Below are positions 57,890-64,000 of a DNA stretch of 64,000 nucleotides, piece after piece. This DNA is from Blastocladiella emersonii ATCC 22665 (Eukaryota; Fungi; Blastocladiomycota): positions 248,001 through 312,000 of the forward strand of contig JANHCV010000004.1 of the NCBI GenBank assembly GCA_025594325.1. The letters run 5' to 3'. The notes below the pieces were generated by a model. The model worked only from the letters and a program-made list of their open reading frames with translations, was not told where the DNA came from and did not search any database. The position numbers and the translations under genes were made by a program. Each line of letters starts with the position of its first letter. The stretch's first letter is position 1.

Positions 57890-60800
57890 GCCATGACGCG
57901 TTACTTTGGCTCGCCGTCAATCATCTGGACCTTCACGCCAAACCCAAACCGCAGTCTCAGCATCTGCGTCTGGGACGGCGCCAAACTCGCACAATTTGCG
58001 CGCGAGCGCGGCTTTGAGGGCACCACCTTCACAACCGCGGATCTACGACCCGAGTACCTCCCGCCGCCGTCGTTCATGACCACGGTCGCGACAGGCAACG
58101 CGGTTCTGCAGGGCGAGTACTACCTAAAGTGCTGCGACATCCTCATCGAGACGCTGCTAGGTTCTGACACGAAACACATCGCACCCAAGGACAAACCTGG
58201 CATTTTCAGGCACATGCAGGCCATTTTCTACGCCGAGGAGTCGCAGGGTCGGCTGACGGTTCATTACCACGGCATCGGCTGGATTATTGGCATGCCTCGC
58301 TCCACGACAGAGTCTGAGCGGTCCGTCCAGAGCTTCAACGTACGTTAGTGCGAAGGTGCGCATGAAATTTCGCCGATCTGACTCGCGTTTCGTTACTCTC
58401 GCGTAGTTTGAGGCCACTTTGGCAGGCCGCGTACACTAACAAGGTCTTCACCAAAGAGCTCCCACTGCTCAGCTCATCAAACCCGGCGCCGCGCTGCGGT
58501 GTTCCTGGGCTCGATTCGGAGCTTGTCCCGCTCAAGAGTCACGCGCAGTACAAACACTTGCTCAAGCGCGACACGCCCGACCCGCTCGTTGCAGTGTGCA
58601 AGAAGACGCTGCCCCTGTACCTCGCCAAGGCCGAGCGCGGGCGTCATGAAGGCGATCCTGCTGGTCGCAGCCACAAGAAGCCGTTCCGCGCACCCGGCGC
58701 GCCAAAAGTTCCTGCTCCAGATGGCGACGCAGCTGCAGCAGATGAGGAGGCTGCCGAGCCGCCCAACGACCACGACTCAGACGCGACCGTGAGCGGCAAC
58801 GAAATGGACCTAGATCTCAACGACGACAAGCCGCACGTCTACACGAACCGCACGCTGCTCGAGAGCGTCATTGAGGCTGCTGTCGCTCAGTTGTCCGAGG
58901 AGAAGTGCGCCCTCATCACGGACGAGTACATCACCTACCTCACCAGCATGGTCAGCGGCTACGACATCGATTCACTCGTCCGCGTCGTGCAGATGACCAA
59001 GGCCCTCCTGCTCGACCGGATCCACTCGTGTCGACACGTTCCAATCTGCTGCAAAGGCAAGAAGGGCACGGCCTGTCGCTACACGTTCCCGCGCGCAACT
59101 GTTCTAGTGACCAGGTTCAACAAGCAGGACGAGTACATGCAGATTCGCAGGCTCGGCAACGAGTGGGTCAACACGTACGTCGAGGCGTGGCGACGCCTCT
59201 TTCATTTCAACATGGACGCATGGTTGCTCATTGACAGCGCTGGCGTGCTCGCCATGCTCTACGCGACTAAGTACGCGACCAAGATGCGCGAGCTCGCCGA
59301 GAACTCGGCCGTCCTGCTCATGGCCTTCAAGAAGCGGCTCCAAAAGGAGGGCCACGGCGGTGTAACTTCTGGTCCGCTCAGGCGCCTCATGTCGCGCTTG
59401 CTCGCGGTCACCAGCAACATGGAGATTGGCGCGCCGCTCGCCATGGTCTAGATCCTTCGTGGTTCCGGTGCCTACTTTTCGCGCCAGTCCGCAAACCTCG
59501 TGCTTGTTGAAGCGCTCAATCTGCTCGAGGGCGTCAACCAGCAGGTCACGCTTGGGCGCAGGCGCGACGGCACCATCACCATCAACAAGCCGCTCAAGGA
59601 CTACCTGTTCCGGCCGCGCGCGCTCAAGAAGGTGTTGTGGTACGAGTTCGTGTCCAAGTGCACCGCCAGCGGTGTCCAAGTACACCGCCAGCGCGACCAA
59701 GAAGGCGCGCGATCTTGCAGCCGCTGAGGACCAAATCGTTGCCGAGGAGGTTCTGGATTGCAACGTGAACCGCGCAGCAAACGGTCTCGAAACACTGGAT
59801 GCAGCCGAGGCGGCTACTCGTGTTGCCAACCGCATCAGCGCGGGCTTTGATCCCAAGTCGCCCGCTGCGGGCAAACTCGCGCTCCCCTACGCACCTGGCT
59901 TCGAGAAGCGGACCGCGTACATCATCCGCGAACACTCTGCGCTCGCCGTCCCGCTCATTATCGATCCCAGCCTGCCCAACGTGCGCAATAACGCCAACAA
60001 TGGACTCGAGCACGACGACCCTGCCATCGCTGCCGAGTATGCACGCATCGTGCTGCTGCTCTATCGGCCGTTTCGCGACGTCACGGATGTGCTTGACGCG
60101 TCCAACTCGGCGATTCCCGTTTGGCAGGCCCAGGCTGCAAGGCGCGACAACGACGGCATTACTGCCAAGATTTCGCGGTTCATCGACCATCAAGAAGACA
60201 GGCGCGCGCGCTTCGACTCGCTGACGAGGACCATCGCTGCCGCGCTGCAGACAAGGTCGCGGCCGCAGCCAAGACCGAGGCGCTGCGCACAAGCAGCTTG
60301 GACGTGGATCACGACGGCTCCCGCGAGTTCTGCGAAAGCGCAGCAATCATTGCCCTTGAGCGCCAGCAGGCCTTCAATGCGCTGCTTGGCCAATGCGGCT
60401 CAGCAGGCCAACCATCAGATTGACACAGCGCCGGCGCCCATCCTTGCCACGCATTTGGATCTTACCCGCGCCACCGAGTACCCTGTTACGGGCCCGCTGC
60501 AGTGCCAAAAGGCTGTCCCTGTCTTCGAAGCTGCCATCATAAAGGCGACGTGTATCAATTTTGCCAAGGGCGCGGCCAGGCAGCTCAACGCGGCCGCGGG
60601 CAACGTGTCTGAAGGCGCTATGGCCTCTGAGGCCTCCTCGTGTGCTGACAGCGGTCAAACAACCAACCTGTTCGAATGGCACGCGTACTTTGAGTATGTG
60701 CGCAACTCGCCTCTGACCATGACCGTTCAGTATGTTCGCGACGCCGTTGCGAATCGGTCAGTTCCCGCGCAGGACCAGGTCTTTTCAGATCACGATCTTG

Positions 60801-62716
60801 ACGCGGTTTCTATACACTCGCCATGATCTCGAAAAGGTTCACGCTAACGCCGAGCAGCACACCGCGTTTGTGTGGTTCATGTCGCGGATGCTGCAGTCGC
60901 TTGCATGTCCAGCCGCCGCCACCTTTGTTTTGCCGCCAGACGTCAACATTGGCGCTGACGACGCGCAGCTCGCTCCAAAACAGCTGACGACTGCCATCAC
61001 CGCAACGGACTCTAGGAAGCTCTTGTTCCTCTCGGGCATGGGCAGGACTGCAAAGTCGCGGCTGATCAAGGCCATGACGAAGATGTGCGCTGCGTGGGAT
61101 CGACCCAGGGCGCTGCTGGTCACTGCGACAACTGGTGTCGCAGCTTCATCGCTCAGCGGCTCAACCGCGCACGCGGCCTTCAGCGTCAAGATCACCAAGG
61201 ATCCAAGCAAGTCCAACTTGGTTGCTGACGAGCCGCGCCAAGGCAGCGCAGCTTCACGTTCACCAACTGGCGACCAAGCTGATCGCGGGGCAAGCTTCCA
61301 GGGCATCATTATTGACAAGTACTCCATGCTCGCGCCAGTGACTCTCGACGCGATCAACCAACCGCTGCAGTCCAAGCGGCAGCGGCCCAACGAGCTGTTT
61401 GGTGGGTGTTTGTATGGTCATGCTTTTGATCGACTGGTATCAGCTACCGCCTGTGAAAAGCCCGTCGCTCTACAGCTGCAGCAGGTTGACGGGAACAACC
61501 GCCAAGCGCGGGCAGCATATCTACCACGCCGCGACCAGCTGCAAGTACCTCAATGCGCTTCTGCAACGATCCACAATGGGGCATCGGCCTTGGCCAAACG
61601 CGTCAAGGGAACTACCCACCCAATTTTCGGGCTACCCTTGCTGCTGAAAACTCGTGACACTGCCTGAACCGGAAAATGACGCTATTCTCAAGCGCGCGCC
61701 GCTCCTCATCACCGTTGACGTGTTGCGCCACCACTACAACCTTGAGGTGTGTTGATCCATTGCACAGCAGCTGCTGCCCAGTAACCCGCTTGTGTTGCTT
61801 CCTGCAGCACTCAAGACGGAGCACATGGAGCTTCTTCAAACGCGCTCGCGCTGCAACTTACGAGTGCAATGACAAGGTGGCGGGCGGACTTTCTGCCCTG
61901 CTTCCAATCTTTGTGGGTATGAAGGTCCGCGTCACGCACAACCTCGCCGTGGCCAGGGGGGTCGCAAACGGCTTGCCTGGTACCGTCTACCACATTGATT
62001 GGCCCAAGCACATCCAGTTCCACGGCACGATTTGGCACTTGGGTTTGACAAAGTAGCATCTGCCCCGCCCATCAGCGTTTGGGCCAAGATTGACGGCGCC
62101 CAGGGAAAACCTCGATTCCCTGGACTTTTAGATTCGTGGCCTGACAACGTGGTTCCGCTCCCGCTCGAAAGCGAGTAGTTCAAGTTTGACCTGATCAACT
62201 GCACGCGGCCGATCGGGACTCTCAAGAAAAATCAGCTTCCACCAGGAGTTCAAACCGTTGGCATCCAGCAGTCCCCAATTGTGCCTGCATACGCGCTCAC
62301 CTGGCACGGAGTGCAGGGCCAGACGCGCACCAAGGTCATCATCACCTGTGATCTTATGCCGATTTGGATGCCTGTTGACTGACACGCGCTTTACGTCGCG
62401 TTTTCTCGTGTCACGACACTTTGCGGCATCAACCTCCTGACAAGTCTCACCGACGCGCACCACGCCTAGTTCTGCTGTCCAAATGACGAAGCGCACGCTG
62501 AAGATCAACGACGCAAGGACGTGTCAGCCGCGATCATGACGGCCATCAACAGTGACGCGTCTGGTACAGACTTCTTACTCTTTTTGCTCGCTGTGATCTC
62601 CTCTTGCGCGTTTTATAGCAACAGACGCGAAACTCATTCGCGCTCACGCGGCACCATTACCAATAAACGCCGCCGCACATTTATCATTCATCATTCATCA
62701 ACGCGTGATTCGAGGT

Positions 62717-62917
62717 GGGTTGAGTTGAGGTGGAGTGAGTTGAGTTGGGTTTAGTTGAGTTGGGTTGGGTGGGGTTGGGTGGGGTGGGGAGGGGGTGGGG
62801 AGGTGTGGGGGGAGGTGTGGGGGGAGGTGTGGGGGGAGGTGTGGGGGGAGGTGTGGGGGGAGGTGTGGGGGGAGGTGTGGGGGGAGGTGTGGGGGGAGGT
62901 GTGGGGGGAGGTGTGGG
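62717..62917 (+). repeat. G-rich minisatellite (GGGGGGAGGTGT x9 plus a partial unit) preceded by GGGTT/GAGTT pentamers, right arm
   Basis: Direct read; one unit longer than the left-arm copy. Confidence 0.95.
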
Positions 62918-63255
62918 ATTGAAAGCCCAGCACAGAGGGGAGCAGTTCCTAACGCTTCTGGTCGCCCAAGCTTATTGCGCCATTCTTTCGGCCCTGCGCG
63001 CTGTCAGCTCTTACAGATACTGGCACTGAAATTAAACACAAGCACCTGAACGCGCTGCTCAAAGACGAGATGATTGATCCAAGTCATGATTGAACGTGTG
63101 ATGCAGGCCACAAACGCCACTGCCGAGTTGGGTGGGCGCAGTCGAGTCTAGACAGCAATTTGCGACCCAGGAACTGCCACGGTTCGGCATCCTACAGGAA
63201 CGCGCGCAGGGATCATGCCAAGCGCACAAGTAAGGGGGTAAGCGCGTCACACCAC

Positions 63256-63272
63256 TGCGCCAATGTGGCGCA
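63256..63272 (+). other. GC-rich hairpin TGCGCCA-ATG-TGGCGCA, candidate Helitron 3' subterminal palindrome (mirror copy 52954-52970)
   Basis: Perfect 7-bp stem downstream of the helicase. No canonical CTRR follows at the usual distance. Confidence 0.4.
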
Positions 63273-63571
63273 ACCAGAAAGAAATCAAACTATGTCGTGA
63301 ATGCAGAGCCCAAGCCGGCGAATGTGTTTCGCAGCGGTCGTTGTGCTCTACGCGTCGTCCAACAAGCTTTGCGCTGTGGTATGCCCAGGTGGCAACTTTT
63401 TGACTGTAAGCGGATACACTACACAACAGAGAGCTGCCGGTAGTAACTTTAGGATTGCGGTGAAGAGACGAGCTGTATTGCCCTGCGTTGGCAGCAACCG
63501 CTATGCTGGACTCTAGCCGTAGTCCTTTATATTACGTTTGGAGCCCGAAGGGATGTGCAGCAGCACTAAAA

Positions 63572-63644
63572 GGGCATATAGCGGAGTGGATACCGCGTCA
63601 GTTTCCGGCACTGAAGGACCCAGGTTCGAACCCTGGTATGCTCG
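63572..63644 (+). tRNA. tRNA-Arg(CCG), copy in the right arm
   Basis: Identical to the reverse complement of 52582-52654; followed by CTTTTTT. Confidence 0.92.
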
Positions 63645-64000
63645 CTTTTTTGCCCTGGAGCATTTTGTTTGTTCCGGTTCAACGCGTCGAAATCGAATTG
63701 ATGGTTCTCAGCAGTATAGGTAGGCTGAGTTAATGTCGAGCTTAATCTAAATTCGGCTATCAATGAGCTCAAATTCCCATGACGCTCCAGATCCAACTTC
63801 TCTGGCTTTGACTTAAGCTCCAACATCCAACCTCCAACCTCCAATCTTCGTTTCTCTGACTCCAACTCCGACTCTCTGAATCCCCGCATTGGCCTCAGCT
63901 CAACCTAAAATGAGTTCTCATATTGTAGTGTAAGTCTCCCGTCTGAACTGCCAATTGTGAGGTGAGTAACCAGCTGTAGCAGGAGATGCTTGTCAAGTCC

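Larger units (their letters stand above)
54402..63272 (+). mobile_element. Degenerate Helitron (Rep HUH endonuclease + PIF1 helicase), 5'-truncated, interrupted by hAT
   Basis: In order: AFLLANSHLY; LYPALFPFGRGG...RFARDPVF; GS...RFSRHLDAM|TRYFGSPSIIWTFTP; EESQGRLTVHYHGIGW (HUH); CRYTFP; NMDAW...YATKYATK; DYLFRP; LLLYRPFRD; GMGRTAKS; TATTGVAA; IIDKYSM; QLPPV; PAYALTWHGVQGQT; LYVAFSRV. There are multiple stops and frameshifts. The 3' end is placed at a candidate hairpin. Confidence 0.9.
61813..64000 (+). repeat. Right arm of the inverted duplication (continues to the window edge)
   Basis: Position 61813 pairs with 54401 and 64000 pairs with 52226. The 12-nt offset equals one extra minisatellite unit. 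Confidence 0.97.

Noticed and set aside
62717-62917. G-rich tract as a telomere or interstitial telomeric repeat
   Set aside because: There is no TTAGGG-type unit, and it is internal to a TE-derived duplication.
52226-64000. Polinton/Maverick or Tlr-like virus-transposon with long TIRs
   Set aside because: The arms contain part of the helicase coding sequence itself. No pPolB, integrase, ATPase or capsid genes are present, and the interior is a HUH-Rep Helitron.
52226-64000. Simple fold-back read chimera
   Set aside because: There is a 7.4-kb unique spacer and the arms differ by substitutions and repeat count. This makes a chimera unlikely but it is not excluded without raw reads.

Overview
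Eukaryotic nuclear DNA in two compartments. It is most consistent with a GC-rich, non-Dikarya fungus (inference from a Zn2Cys6 factor, OLE1 with fused cytochrome b5, PCCA/PCCB, CARM1, and short GTRCGY...CTRAC...YAG introns). (1) Positions 1-39.1 kb are compact, very GC/CpG-rich and gene-dense, with 17 protein-coding genes: a YEATS2-like 3' part, RPL11, TRM44, CARM1, Bit61/PRR5-like, a large C2H2 protein, MATE, an orphan membrane protein, a HAD hydrolase, a sugar porter, an ARM+SPRY protein, GAL7, OLE1, a C2-domain protein, a Zn2Cys6 factor, and PCCA and PCCB arranged head-to-head. (2) Positions 39.2-64 kb have lower GC, patchy CpG depletion and no intact host protein gene that I can recognise. 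This part holds five tRNA genes, microsatellites and minisatellites, and decayed ORFs. It also has ~180-bp imperfect inverted repeats about 10 kb apart and a dead Helitron Rep/PIF1 element. The Helitron is split by a 2.18-kb hAT element. At least 2.2 kb of its 3' end, including a tRNA-Arg(CCG) gene, is duplicated in inverted orientation at its truncated 5' side. The most notable observations are this fold-back Helitron structure, the ARM+SPRY gene with seven consecutive phase-1 introns, the candidate 10-kb tRNA-carrying TIR element, and the divergent PCCA/PCCB pair. All calls come from reading the sequence and recognising motifs. No database search was run.
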